Positions 13,551 through 23,168 of a DNA stretch of 64,000 nt are shown piece after piece; within the stretch, counting starts at the first letter, position 1, and the number at the start of each line of letters is the position of its first letter. A program made the translations under genes and the position numbers. The stretch comes from Deltaproteobacteria bacterium (lineage in GTDB: Bacteria; Myxococcota_A; UBA9160; SMWR01), in assembly GCA_032128115.1 (NCBI GenBank), contig JAQBHB010000090.1:50260-114259 (forward strand), written 5' to 3'. The notes under the pieces are model-generated. The model ran no database searches. It was not told the origin of the DNA and saw only the letters and a program-made list of their open reading frames with translations.

Positions 13551-15716
13551 GTGTACGAGCCCAGACCCCTCGATACGGATCTCGCCGAGCTCGATCCCGA
13601 GTTGCACGCCCTGCTCGAGCGGCTGGCCGAACACCACCACGACCTCTGGGCCCGCGCGCAGATGCGCGAAGGCTGGCGCCACGGGGCCACACGCGACGAA
13701 GACCGCAAGCTCGACCCGCGCCTGATTCCGTACACGGAGCTGGCGGAGCCGGAAAAGCAGCGCGAACGCCGCGGAGCGCGGGAAGTCATCCACGCGATCC
13801 GGGCGCTCGGCCTCGAAATCCGTCGGCTCGTGCCCCACCCGGCTTCCGCCCGGATTCGCGACCGGGTGGCGGCGCCCGCCCCAGTGGCGCTGGGCGACGA
13901 CGTTCCCGGCGTTCGCCAGCGGGTGGAGGAGCTTCTCCGCATGGGCGAGCCGCTCCTGGCCTACGAGGCGATCCAGGAGGCCATCGGGCGCTGGCCCGGG
14001 GATCTCCGCTTGCGCCAGCTTCGGGGACTCGCCCTGGCCCGCAGCGGGGCCGCCGATCGCGCGAACCAGGCGATGCGCGAGCTTCGCGAGGAAGGCCACG
14101 GCGACGGCGAGACGCTCGGCATCCTGGCTCGAACGCACAAGGACCTGGCACAGCGCGCGGCAGCGCCAGCGGATCGGGCGTTGCACCTGGAACAGGCCTA
14201 CCTCGCCTATCGGCAGGGCTACGACGCGGCACGCCGCCTGGACAACATCGGGGATGCGTATTTCACGGGCATCAACGCGGCCACGCTCAGCTTCGTCTCG
14301 GGTGAACCCGAACGAGCAAGAGGGCTCGCTCGCGAAGTGCGCGCGCTCTGCCAGCACCAGCTGGCGCTCAGCCCCGAGGACGCATCCTATTGGTTGTACG
14401 CGACGCTTGCCGAGGCCGCGCTCCTGTTGGGTGACCGTGGCGAGGCCGAAGATCAGTATGGCCGGGCCGCTGAGCGGGCGGGCGGGCGCTTCGCCGACCT
14501 GAGCACCACTCGGCGCCAGGCGCGTTTCCTGCTGTCGGAGCGGGGCGAAGATCCCAGATGGGTCGAGGAGGTCCTCCAGGTCCCCCCGCTCGCCATGTTC
14601 ACGGGACACATGATCGATCGCCCCGGGCGAGAAAGCGCCCGCTTTCCACCCGAGCACGAAGACCGGGTCGCGCACGCGATCCGGGAGCGGATTCGACGGA
14701 TGCGTCCCGCGGCCGGCTATGCCTCGGCCGCATGCGGGGGCGACCTCCTGTTTCTGGAGTCGATGCTCGCCGAGGGGCGCGAATTCCACGTGGTTCTGCC
14801 CTTCCCTCCCGACGAGTTTCTCCGCACCAGCGTCGACGTGATCCCGGGCGCCAGCTGGCGCCAGCGCTTCGACCGTGTACTGGCGGCCGCGGCCAGTGTG
14901 ACCACGGCCAGCGACCACCACTCCTCGGACGATGTGTCGAACTTCGTCTACGCAAACCTGATCCTCACCGGCATGGCAGCGCTCCACGCGAGACGCCTCG
15001 ATACGGAGCTCTTCGCCCTCACCGTATGGGACGGAGAACAAGGGGACGGCCTGGGCGGCACCGCATCGCTCCTGCAGCATTGGCAGTCGAGTGGCCACGC
15101 TGTCGAGCGGATCGATCCCGCCGCTCCGGATGCGGAGGTCACGAACCCCGCGCTCCCGAGCGCCGACGGAACACACGCGATCCCCGAGAATCTGATGGCG
15201 ATGCTCTTCGCCGACGCCGTTGGCTACAGCGAGCTGCACTACGATCAGATCCCGCTCTTTGTCGAGCACTTCGTCTCGCCGATCGCAGAACTGATCGGTC
15301 GTAGCGCCACCCCGCCCGTCCTCAAGGAAACCGCGGGAGACGGTTTCTACTTCGTGTTTCGAAACGTGCGCGACGCTGGGCTGTTCGCCCTGGCGCTCCG
15401 CGACCTCATCTCACAGGTGGACTGGGAGGCCCGCGGGCTTCCCGCGACCCTGGGGCTTCGCACCGCGCTCCACTGTGGTCCGGTTCACAAGCTGGTCGAC
15501 CCGATCACGGGCGAACAGAAGTTCACCGGGCCCCACACGAGCCGCACCGCCCGCATCGAGCCGATTACGCCGCCGGGCCAGGTCTACGCGAGCCAGGCCT
15601 TTGCCGCGGTGGCCGCAGCGATCGGAGTCGAAGAGCTCGACTTCGAGTACGTGGGGCGCACCGACCTGGCGAAAAAATACGGCTCGCTCGCCCTCTACCA
15701 CGTGCGGCGCGCCTGA
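13551..15716 (+). CDS. RyR domain + TPR-sensor/MAP3K TRAF-binding-like region + SLOG-like domain + class III nucleotidyl cyclase
   Basis: RyR: YEPRPLDT...AEHHHDLWA...GWRHG...LIPYTEL. TPR: ETLGILARTHKD, YFTGINAATL, YWLYATLAEA. SLOG-like: MFTGHMID...RFP...ACGGDLLF...VVLPF. Cyclase: LFADAVGYS, ETAGDG, RTALHCGPV, SRTARIEP. GTG 8 nt after the upstream stop. Confidence 0.88.
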   Translation: MYEPRPLDTDLAELDPELHALLERLAEHHHDLWARAQMREGWRHGATRDEDRKLDPRLIPYTELAEPEKQRERRGAREVIHAIRALGLEIRRLVPHPASARIRDRVAAPAPVALGDDVPGVRQRVEELLRMGEPLLAYEAIQEAIGRWPGDLRLRQLRGLALARSGAADRANQAMRELREEGHGDGETLGILARTHKDLAQRAAAPADRALHLEQAYLAYRQGYDAARRLDNIGDAYFTGINAATLSFVSGEPERARGLAREVRALCQHQLALSPEDASYWLYATLAEAALLLGDRGEAEDQYGRAAERAGGRFADLSTTRRQARFLLSERGEDPRWVEEVLQVPPLAMFTGHMIDRPGRESARFPPEHEDRVAHAIRERIRRMRPAAGYASAACGGDLLFLESMLAEGREFHVVLPFPPDEFLRTSVDVIPGASWRQRFDRVLAAAASVTTASDHHSSDDVSNFVYANLILTGMAALHARRLDTELFALTVWDGEQGDGLGGTASLLQHWQSSGHAVERIDPAAPDAEVTNPALPSADGTHAIPENLMAMLFADAVGYSELHYDQIPLFVEHFVSPIAELIGRSATPPVLKETAGDGFYFVFRNVRDAGLFALALRDLISQVDWEARGLPATLGLRTALHCGPVHKLVDPITGEQKFTGPHTSRTARIEPITPPGQVYASQAFAAVAAAIGVEELDFEYVGRTDLAKKYGSLALYHVRRA

Positions 15717-15820
15717 TTGGAACCCGCAAACGGGCGCCCCCGGGAGCGCTCGAACCTGCGACGTACCCCCGGAAACCCGCCCCGAGAAAATCCAACGCTC
15801 GCGCCCGAGGCCGAGTTCCC

Positions 15821-15975
15821 CTACGCCCGAATGCGCCGCCTCCCCAGAAGCAGGAGGAAACCAACGCCCACGACCAGCATGCTGAGCACATCCGGCTCGG
15901 GCAGGGGAATGCAGTCGACATCGCAGCCATTCGAGAGGGTCTCCTGCCCCTCGCACGGCTGATCGCCACAGCAGG
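15821..15975 (-). pseudogene. C-terminal remnant of a PEP-CTERM protein
   Basis: ...CDVDCIPLPEPDVLSMLVVGVGFLLLLGRRRIRA*; its 5' side abuts the IS3 fragment. Confidence 0.7.
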
Positions 15976-15983
15976 CCAGAACG

Positions 15984-16208
15984 CGCGATGGCTGTCTCAA
16001 CCGGTGGCTCTTCGAGTCACTGCGCGAAGCACGAGAGACGTCGGAAGCATGGCTGCAGGAGTACAACGTGGAGCGACCGCATGGGTCGCTCGGAGGGCAA
16101 GTGCCCTCCAAGTTCTTCGAACAATGGGAAGAGCAGAATAGGGAAGCAGCCTGATGTTCAGGCGAAATCCCGAACCCAACGGCTGGTAGCGGTTCTTCGG
16201 GCTTGCCA
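15984..16208 (+). mobile_element. IS3-family remnant (transposase C-terminus plus putative right end)
   Basis: Frame 15984-16154 reads RDGCLNRWLFESLREARETSEAWLQEYNVERPHGSLGGQVPSKF...*, a typical IS3 integrase tail; element-like end ...GGGCTTGCCA at 16208. Confidence 0.8.
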
Positions 16209-16400
16209 AACACGCAGGGCGCGTTCTCCATCGACCTGGCCACCGGTAGGCTCCAGGTGGTAGAGCCCGCGGCCCTGGACTTCGAGACCACCCCCTCCTT
16301 CACCCTGAAGGTCTGGGCGTGCGACTCCGCGGAATCTGCCCACAGCGCCACGGCCACCATCACGATCGATGTCAGAAACGCCGATGAGTCCCCCGCAGAT
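16209..16400 (+). pseudogene. Cadherin-domain fragment
   Basis: NTQGAFSIDLATGRLQV...LDFETTPSFTLKV...ATATITIDVRNADESP begins right after the IS end; no start codon. Confidence 0.75.
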
Positions 16401-16880
16401 GAGACAAAAAAGAATCGGCGGAAGGAACTCGAGCGCAAGCTCCCGGTGTGGGGCCAGATCCCGCCTCGGCTCCTGTTTGACAGAACGCTTAACTATCGGA
16501 CCCGGCGGAAACACAGCTTGTTCGTCCTATCCCCTGAATTTCACTGTCTTCACATTCGTTTTCCCTTCCGATGAAATATTGAACTTTCTAGACGTCGTTT
16601 GTACCCCGTCAGCAGAAGTCGGACCGGGGGTCTTCGGGCCGGCCTCGAAGAGGATCTCCACCTTGCGGACGCCGGCCTTGCGGGGTCCCGCCCCAGCCTT
16701 GCCCTCCGCCTCGCCGTCGGCTGGCCCTCCTTTTTTTTGACACTTAGGCTTGTTCGGAGCCACTTCCTTGTACAGGGGATCCGCGCGCCCGGAGAAAACT
16801 TCTTCCGACAAATGGAAGGTCTTTTCTCCTCTCGGGCGCCGTTCGGTTCGCAACTCCCTGATTTTCCTACGTTCCGAATC

Positions 16881-16896
16881 TGGTACGGATATTGCT
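16881..16896 (+). promoter_or_regulatory. Sigma-54 (-24/-12) promoter for the PEP-CTERM gene
   Basis: TGGTACGGATATTGCT fits TGGCACG-N4-TTGCW (GG-N10-GC), in an AT-richer region ~130 nt upstream of the gene. Confidence 0.75.
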
Positions 16897-17022
16897 CCAG
16901 CCCGTGCCGGGAAGGGGAGCCGCCTCGCGCGGTTCTGCTTCCTTTTTTTTGTGCTCGCTCCTGGGAAGGGCATTCGCGCGGGGGACCGACAGCGGTTCCC
17001 CGGGGACCCAGGAGGAATGCCC

Positions 17023-17637
17023 GTGTCTGCTCTATCGAGGTTTCGCTCTATCGGCTCCCAGTGCCGTCGGCTTCCCAGGCTGGCTCCTCTGGTGGTATCG
17101 ATCGCTATCGTTGGCTTTGCCGCGGCCGCCGCAGCAACTCCGATGCTCGGTCCGGTGACGATGTTGTTCACCCACGCACAGGGAACGGGGACGATTGAGA
17201 TCCTCGGAAGCAGCACCGGACCGCCGACCGACGGCATCCAGCTCGGCGGTATCACCGACGCCCAGGCTGTGACCCTCCTCTTCGAGGTCTTTGTGACCGG
17301 GGGCAACGAGCTGAAGACGCTCACCCTCGAGTACGACACGCAGGCGTCAACCGGCGTGGGAGTCGTCCCCGGTTCGGGCGTGGACTTCAAGTCGGCGGCT
17401 GCGAGCGGGGGAGGCTGGACCCTCTCGCCGAACAAGCTCAAGGAGGGCACGAGTGACATCTTCTTCGTGTCGTTCGCGAACAGTCTGGGCTCGGGAGACC
17501 TGAGCTTCGACATGAAGTTCAAGACAGGCACAGCGAACGTGAGCACAATGATCCAGAACCCGGAGCCGAGCACCGTACTGCTCCTGGGCCTGGGTCTGGT
17601 CGGACTGACCGCTGCTCGCAGACGATCGCCGCGCTGA
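17023..17637 (+). CDS. PEP-CTERM sorting domain protein
   Basis: GGAGGA then GTG 17023 (or ATG 17017); signal-like N-terminus; C-terminal NPEPSTVLLLGLGLVGLTAARRR. Confidence 0.88.
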   Translation: MSALSRFRSIGSQCRRLPRLAPLVVSIAIVGFAAAAAATPMLGPVTMLFTHAQGTGTIEILGSSTGPPTDGIQLGGITDAQAVTLLFEVFVTGGNELKTLTLEYDTQASTGVGVVPGSGVDFKSAAASGGGWTLSPNKLKEGTSDIFFVSFANSLGSGDLSFDMKFKTGTANVSTMIQNPEPSTVLLLGLGLVGLTAARRRSPR

Positions 17638-17747
17638 TGACGGCTCGCCCGGTTTGGTTCGTTCCACCGGGTCAGCCCAAAACACCACCAGCGCTACTTG
17701 GAGGGGTTCGAGATTCGCATCGTGATCGAAGGGCTCCGAGGCGAGCA

Positions 17748-17813
17748 CGAGCGCAGTTCAAAAAGCAAGGCCGAAGGCCGCGCAGCGAGCCGCAGGCGAG
17801 CGCAGTTCAAAAA
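17748..17813. repeat. 17-bp direct repeat CGAGCGCAGTTCAAAAA flanking a REP-like spacer
   Basis: Copies at 17748-17764 and 17797-17813; the second contains the amidase stop codon. Confidence 0.75.
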
Positions 17814-19210
17814 ACCGGCCAGTGGTCAGCCCACGGGCGCTCGCGCTCGAAGGCGTGGGCTGCCTGCAACACCAGGTCGTCCCGGTGTCGCGGTCCCACG
17901 ATCTGGAGTCCCACGGGAAGCCCCGCCCTGGAGAAGCCCGCGCGCACGCTGGCCGCCGGGTGCCACGAAAGGTTGAAGGGCATGGTCAATCCGCCCACGC
18001 TTCCCCACGGCTGCTTCATGCCTTCTACCTCCGTCGGGAACGGCCCCCCTGCCGGGGGCGGGTCGTAGGGAACGGTGGGCGTGAGCAGCAGATCGTAATC
18101 GTCGAAGACTGCGGCACACCAGCGGTTGAGCTGCTCGCGGCGGCGACGGTACTCGCCCCAGCGCACGGGCGTCATGCGCGCTCCGGTCTTCACGCCCTTG
18201 ATGAAGGCGCGGCCGAAATCGGACTCGCGGTCCGGCAGCAGCGGTGACAGTTCCGACATCAGCTCGAAGGCACCCACGAGACCCCAGTCGCGGTAGGGCT
18301 CGACGGGGCCGCCCTCGATGTCCTCGAGGGTTCCCAGCTTCCCGAATACCCGTGAAGCTTCGTATACCACTTCGGCCACGTCGCTTTGCACGTGGGCATA
18401 GCCCAGGTCGGGCGAGAAACCGATGCGCAGGGCCGGGGGCAGGGCGCCGAGCACATCCCGATAGGAATGGCCCGGGTGGGGCAGCGAGTTGGGATCGAGG
18501 GGGTGGGCGCCGACCACGGCGTCCAGCTGGAGCGCCGCATCCTCCACCGTGCGTGTCAGGGGTCCGTACACCGACACGTCTTCCATGGCCCAGAGTTGCC
18601 GGCCTTCGTGGGGAACCCGTCCGTAGCTCACCTTGAGGCCGAAGCATCCGGTAAAGCTCGCGGGGATACGGATCGATCCGCCGCCGTCGCTGGCGGTGGC
18701 CAGGGGAATCACGCCGCCGGCGATGGCGGCCGAGGAGCCGCCGCTGGATCCTCCGGGCGTGCGTTTCAGGTCCCAGGGGTTGCGCGTGGGACCGAACAAC
18801 AGGTTCTTGGTGATGGCGGTGTAGCCGAATTCCGGCGCGTTGGTCTTGCCCACCACGATGGCGCCGGCCCCCTTGAGACGCTCTACCTGAACCGAGTCGC
18901 GCAGGGGTCGGTGGTCCCGGAAGGGAATCGAGCCCTGGCTGGTCACCAGCGGCGCCGCGTCCTCCAGATCCTTCACACCGAAGGGGACCCCCTCGAGCAG
19001 GCGCGCCTCACGCCGGGCGATGCGCGCCTCGGCCGCGCGGGCGTCCGACATCAGGGCGTCCCGGTCTCGGAGTGCGACGAATGCGTTGAGCTTCGGGTGG
19101 GTCGCTTCGATGCGGTCGAGCACCGTCTCCATCAGTTCGACTGGGGACAGCTTCGCGGTGGCGAGGAGTCGGGCGATCTCGGTGAGAGGGCGCTGGAGTA
19201 GATCCGTCAT
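17807..19210 (-). CDS. Amidase (amidase-signature family)
   Basis: [43 protein letters not shown]. Confidence 0.93.
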   Translation of the reverse strand: MTDLLQRPLTEIARLLATAKLSPVELMETVLDRIEATHPKLNAFVALRDRDALMSDARAAEARIARREARLLEGVPFGVKDLEDAAPLVTSQGSIPFRDHRPLRDSVQVERLKGAGAIVVGKTNAPEFGYTAITKNLLFGPTRNPWDLKRTPGGSSGGSSAAIAGGVIPLATASDGGGSIRIPASFTGCFGLKVSYGRVPHEGRQLWAMEDVSVYGPLTRTVEDAALQLDAVVGAHPLDPNSLPHPGHSYRDVLGALPPALRIGFSPDLGYAHVQSDVAEVVYEASRVFGKLGTLEDIEGGPVEPYRDWGLVGAFELMSELSPLLPDRESDFGRAFIKGVKTGARMTPVRWGEYRRRREQLNRWCAAVFDDYDLLLTPTVPYDPPPAGGPFPTEVEGMKQPWGSVGGLTMPFNLSWHPAASVRAGFSRAGLPVGLQIVGPRHRDDLVLQAAHAFERERPWADHWPVF

Positions 19211-19408
19211 GGTCCTCCGAGGGGGGGTGCTTCGGGCCGTGGCCGAGGGTCACCCATGCCACTGTGTTTGCCTCCGGGGCGGGGGAAAAGTCAATCACTC
19301 GAACGGGTTCGATCGCAGGGCCTCCGCGGGCGTCGCACCCGCCGCCCGCTGCGGCCCTGGGAAAGTGCCGATTTCGGGGGTCTCAGGCCCAGAAAAGGCT
19401 CATATCGT

Positions 19409-19438
19409 TTGGAACCCCACGCCGAAAATGCCTATGAT
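19409..19438 (+). promoter_or_regulatory. Putative sigma-70 promoter of the histone gene
   Basis: TTGGAA-N18-TATGAT about 60 nt before ATG 19501. Confidence 0.4.
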
Positions 19439-19500
19439 GCGCCGGTCCTGTCCATGCCGTATGTCGCGACATGGGGGGAAGCAAGGATGGGAGAATTCAA

Positions 19501-19701
19501 ATGGCAGCGAAAAAGAAGAAGGCAGGGTCGACTGGTGACCTCATCATTTCCAAGTCGCGCACCAAGGCGGCCGTCAAGAAGTGCAACGTGGGTTCGGAGT
19601 TCTACGGAGCGCTCGACAAGGCCACCCGGGCCCTGATCGCGGACGCCGAGCGGCGCGCGCTGGGCAACAAGCGGAAGACGCTCAAGGCGAACGACCTCTA
19701 A
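19501..19701 (+). CDS. Bacterial histone-fold protein, 66 aa
   Basis: MAAKKKKAGSTGDLIISKSRTKAAVKKCNVGSEFYGALDKATRALIADAERRALGNKRKTLKANDL: three-helix spacing with the RKT-x4-D loop2/helix3 signature; GGAGA SD; own terminator. Confidence 0.85.
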   Translation: MAAKKKKAGSTGDLIISKSRTKAAVKKCNVGSEFYGALDKATRALIADAERRALGNKRKTLKANDL

Positions 19702-19727
19702 TCGTCGTTTGCGCGGTTCGATCGAGA

Positions 19728-19763
19728 AGGCCCGCCGGGATCACCGGCGGGCCTCTTTCTTTT
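19728..19763 (+). terminator. Rho-independent terminator
   Basis: AGGCCCGCCGG-GATCA-CCGGCGGGCCT stem followed by CTTTCTTTT. Confidence 0.85.
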
Positions 19764-19811
19764 GCGCTCACGTCTTGCCGTCACGCAAGGGCGGAGCGGG
19801 CTGGCAGCGGG

Positions 19812-20951
19812 TCAGGTCGGTCGGGCCGCCTGCGGATCGAGATTGGCACCCACACGAAAGAGGGTCTCCAGGGGAATGCGCCGCACCGCTTCCACCGCAT
19901 CGATCGCGTTCGCGCCCGAGATGAAGGCGAGACCCTCGCTCGCGAAGTGCGCGGCCTTCTCGATCGCATGGGGCAACGACTCGGCATCCGACAGGGACAT
20001 GCGGTCGGCGACTGCCAGCTTGTTGGCGAGGGCCACGAACGCGAAAAACGCGGCGTTCCGCTCGCGCTCCTCCAGTTGCGCCAGGGTCCGGAAGACCAGC
20101 GGGGCGTCGTCGCTTTCGGCGGGAAGCCCCGGAATCCACACCGGGAGACGCCAGGCATCCATGTCGAGGGCGTTTTCGCCCTCGGGAATCCGTAGTCGCT
20201 CCTCCGGCGACATGTAGCGGTAGACCCGCATGGCCTCGTCCCAGGGCGGGAAGCCCAGGTCTTCGAGCCGACCCGTACGCCAGCGAAAGGCCCACTCCTC
20301 GCATTCGCTGTCCAGCTCCCAGATCGCGCCCTGCATCATTCGGAAGTACGTCCAGTAGTCCTGCTGGAACAGCTGCCGCATGAGGCTCACGATGGCCGAG
20401 ATGTCGTCGTCCTTGCGGCGGGCGGAGAAGTAGAACTGACCCTCCAGGGTCTGGCCGCCGTCGGGCGGCTCCCAGTCGTCACTGTTGGGTTTGAGCTCCA
20501 CGTCGATACGCTGACGCAGGTAGAGCACCACCAGCTCGGGATCGAGCGCCTGCACGGAGCGCAGGAAGGAGTCGTCGGAGGTCTCGGCCAGTGCGTCGAG
20601 CCAGGAATCCAGGGCCGCCCGATCCGGCAGCGCCCCCTGCCAGGCATCCAGGTCGACACAAGCCACGACCTGATCGGGTGTCGCATACTCGAGGATCCAG
20701 GGCGCGTCGTGGATGCCCACGGCCTTGACCGTGAAGCACAATTCGGCCTCGGGCATGCGCGGAATCACCGCTTCGGGCTCGGGCATCAGGTCGAGCAGGG
20801 CCGAGCGCTGCGACACCGCGGTCTCGCAGACCAGCGCCACCTGCGCATCGAGCGAGAGCGCGGCAACAGCTTTGCCCGCCGCCGCCCGATCGCTGCGTGC
20901 CAGGCGGAGCAGGCCACGGGCCTCGAGGGTGGGCGCGGGAGGGTTGGCCAT
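19812..20951 (-). CDS. DUF6178 family protein
   Basis: DLDAW, LDPELVVLYL, TLEGQFY, EEWAFRWRTGRLEDLGFP. Confidence 0.75.
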   Translation of the reverse strand: MANPPAPTLEARGLLRLARSDRAAAGKAVAALSLDAQVALVCETAVSQRSALLDLMPEPEAVIPRMPEAELCFTVKAVGIHDAPWILEYATPDQVVACVDLDAWQGALPDRAALDSWLDALAETSDDSFLRSVQALDPELVVLYLRQRIDVELKPNSDDWEPPDGGQTLEGQFYFSARRKDDDISAIVSLMRQLFQQDYWTYFRMMQGAIWELDSECEEWAFRWRTGRLEDLGFPPWDEAMRVYRYMSPEERLRIPEGENALDMDAWRLPVWIPGLPAESDDAPLVFRTLAQLEERERNAAFFAFVALANKLAVADRMSLSDAESLPHAIEKAAHFASEGLAFISGANAIDAVEAVRRIPLETLFRVGANLDPQAARPT

Positions 20952-20982
20952 TGCCAGAGGATAGCAATGCGCCGCGGTCCCG

Positions 20983-22488
20983 ATGAGCGGTGTACCATCG
21001 GGCGCTCTCGAGGAGGCGGCGTTGGCCTGGCGGGCCTGGGTATTCGCGGTGGGGCTGGCGGTGGGTTGGCTCGCGTGGGAGGGCGTCTCCGACGCGGACG
21101 GTCACCGCATGGCGCCCGGGTTCTGCGCCCTCGCGGGTGGCGCCCTGTTGTGTGCCGTGGCCTCGTTGATCGCACGCCTCCGGGACGACGAGCCCGCGCG
21201 CGGGACCCACCTGGCGGCTGGGGCGAGTGCCGGCCTCGTGGCGCTTCCGGCCCTGGCCGCAACGCGTCTGGGCGCGGCGCCCAGCGCCGGTGTCTGGCTG
21301 GTCGTCGTAACGGTTCTGCTGGCCCTGGCGTGGCTGCGCGCAGCGCGCGCGGATGGACCGTCCGGCGGATTCGCGCGCCAGCTGCGTTCCGCCTGTCTCG
21401 GCCTGGGCCTCGGCGGGGTCGGGGTGCTGGCCGCCTCCACTGCCCTCGCCTCCCTGGCGCGGATTCCCTACGAGGCCCGGGGCGAGCGTGCGGCGGCGAT
21501 CTTCGACCTGGATGCCACCATCGCGACGCGTGCGATTCCGCGCTGCGCGGACGAGCCCTCCCGGGTCCAGATCCTGTTGGACCGGGGCTCGCGTCCCCGC
21601 TTCGGGAATGACGGGCGCTGGCTGTGGTTCGACGCTCGGGTCGATGGCCGGCGACAGATCCACCGACTCGACACGGAATCCGGTCAGGCGGTGTGCTGGA
21701 CTTGTGACGAGCCCGGCAACAACCTGCGCCCTGCGCCGGCGGATCGGGGCTCGGGGGTGGCCTTCGAGACCGACCGCCACGGCGCTCCCTGGGACACCGA
21801 GATCCACATGGCCGACGGGCGCGGCGATGTTCCCAGGAGCGTCTCGCGCCGACTCACCTACAGCGCGGGCCCCGACGATCACGCCCTCTTGCGGCACGGG
21901 GTGCTGGTGTGGTCTCGGCGCGAGAGCGCGGGCTACGAAGTGGCCTCGGCCGGTGTCCGAAGCGGCCACGGAAGTCTCGGGCTTGGCGACGTGAGCGTGC
22001 TCTCCGCCGGAGGCATGGGCTGGACGGCCCCGCTCGAGTGGTCTCCCGACGGGCGCTCGCTGGTGTTGGCGCGGGGCAATCCGTTTCGTCCGCGGGTCGC
22101 CCGGGCCATCGACCCCGCCACGGGAGTGGAAACCCTGCTGGGCGAAGATGTGGCTCCGGGAGGCGCGTCGTTCAATGCCGACGGCGGCTGGGTGGTGGTG
22201 GCGAGTTCGCGCCGCACTCGATTGGCGGGATTGCTCCCGGCGCAGCTGGGGTTCCTGCTGGCACCGTTGGCGGCGGCGGTCGAGCGCGACGGCTCCCTGC
22301 TGCGCGGCACCGGAATCCGCATGGGGGAACCCTGGGCCGCAGGCGCGCCTCTGGTGCTGGCTGACCTGGCGGTGTGGGGCGCGCCCACCGGCATCGCCCT
22401 GAGCCCGGACGGGAATCACGTGATCCTGGGGCAGCGGAGCGCTGCCGGCGACGAGCGTCTGGTGCGACTGGATCTCGACTGCCGCTGA
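20983..22488 (+). CDS. Membrane protein with C-terminal TolB/PD40-like beta-propeller
   Basis: About 5 N-terminal hydrophobic helices, then RPRFGNDGRWLWF, EWSPDGRSL, LSPDGNHV. Alternative start TTG 21022 after GAGGAGG. Confidence 0.6.
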   Translation: MSGVPSGALEEAALAWRAWVFAVGLAVGWLAWEGVSDADGHRMAPGFCALAGGALLCAVASLIARLRDDEPARGTHLAAGASAGLVALPALAATRLGAAPSAGVWLVVVTVLLALAWLRAARADGPSGGFARQLRSACLGLGLGGVGVLAASTALASLARIPYEARGERAAAIFDLDATIATRAIPRCADEPSRVQILLDRGSRPRFGNDGRWLWFDARVDGRRQIHRLDTESGQAVCWTCDEPGNNLRPAPADRGSGVAFETDRHGAPWDTEIHMADGRGDVPRSVSRRLTYSAGPDDHALLRHGVLVWSRRESAGYEVASAGVRSGHGSLGLGDVSVLSAGGMGWTAPLEWSPDGRSLVLARGNPFRPRVARAIDPATGVETLLGEDVAPGGASFNADGGWVVVASSRRTRLAGLLPAQLGFLLAPLAAAVERDGSLLRGTGIRMGEPWAAGAPLVLADLAVWGAPTGIALSPDGNHVILGQRSAAGDERLVRLDLDCR

Positions 22489-22518
22489 AGCGCGGCTGCG
22501 TCGGGTATTCTCGCGGGC

Positions 22519-23139
22519 GTGCCGTCCCTGGATCAGATCCGCCGGGGCCTGTCCCAACACCGGCCCGTCACGCTCGACCCGGAACAGACCCGGCGCGCCG
22601 CCGTGGCGATGCTTCTGCGCCCCGCCTCGCGTGTCGGCGGCGGAGCTCAGGAGCTGCTTTTCATCGAGCGGGCGCGCCGGGAGGGCGATCCCTGGTCGGG
22701 GCACATGGCCCTGCCCGGCGGCCGCGTCGACGCGGGAGACGAGACGTCGCGCCGCGCCGCCGAGCGCGAGACCCTGGAAGAGGTGGGGCTGACTCTGGAC
22801 GGCGCGGAGCGCCTGGGCCGCCTGGACGACATGCAGGGCCACCGGGTCTCGGGCGTTCCGGGCATGGTGGTTTCGGCCTTCGTGTATCACGTGGTCGAGC
22901 CGGGTCCCATCGTTACCAACCACGAGGTGCAGGACGCCTTCTGGTTTCCGGTGAAGGGGCTGCTCGAACCCGAGCGCCACGTGGACTATCCGCTGCTGCA
23001 GATCGGTGGCCAGAGGTTTCCCGGAATCCAGGTGGGCGACCCCGACCGCCAGGTGGTCTGGGGGCTCACGTATCGCTTCCTCGAGATCTTCTTCGAGATC
23101 GTGGGCCATCCGCTTCCCAATCGTTGGCGCGGACGCTAA
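22519..23139 (+). CDS. Nudix hydrolase, CoA pyrophosphatase family
   Basis: DPWSGHMALPGGRVD...AAERETLEEVG Nudix box; VWGLT. Confidence 0.9.
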   Translation: MPSLDQIRRGLSQHRPVTLDPEQTRRAAVAMLLRPASRVGGGAQELLFIERARREGDPWSGHMALPGGRVDAGDETSRRAAERETLEEVGLTLDGAERLGRLDDMQGHRVSGVPGMVVSAFVYHVVEPGPIVTNHEVQDAFWFPVKGLLEPERHVDYPLLQIGGQRFPGIQVGDPDRQVVWGLTYRFLEIFFEIVGHPLPNRWRGR

Positions 23140-23168
23140 CGGTCGGCGGGGACGCCAACGGCGCGGTC

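Noticed and set aside
16527..17016. Minus-strand ORF 16527..17573 and 5' extension of ORF 16750..17637
   Set aside because: They overlap the sigma-54 promoter region and the PEP-CTERM gene and show no recognisable domain.
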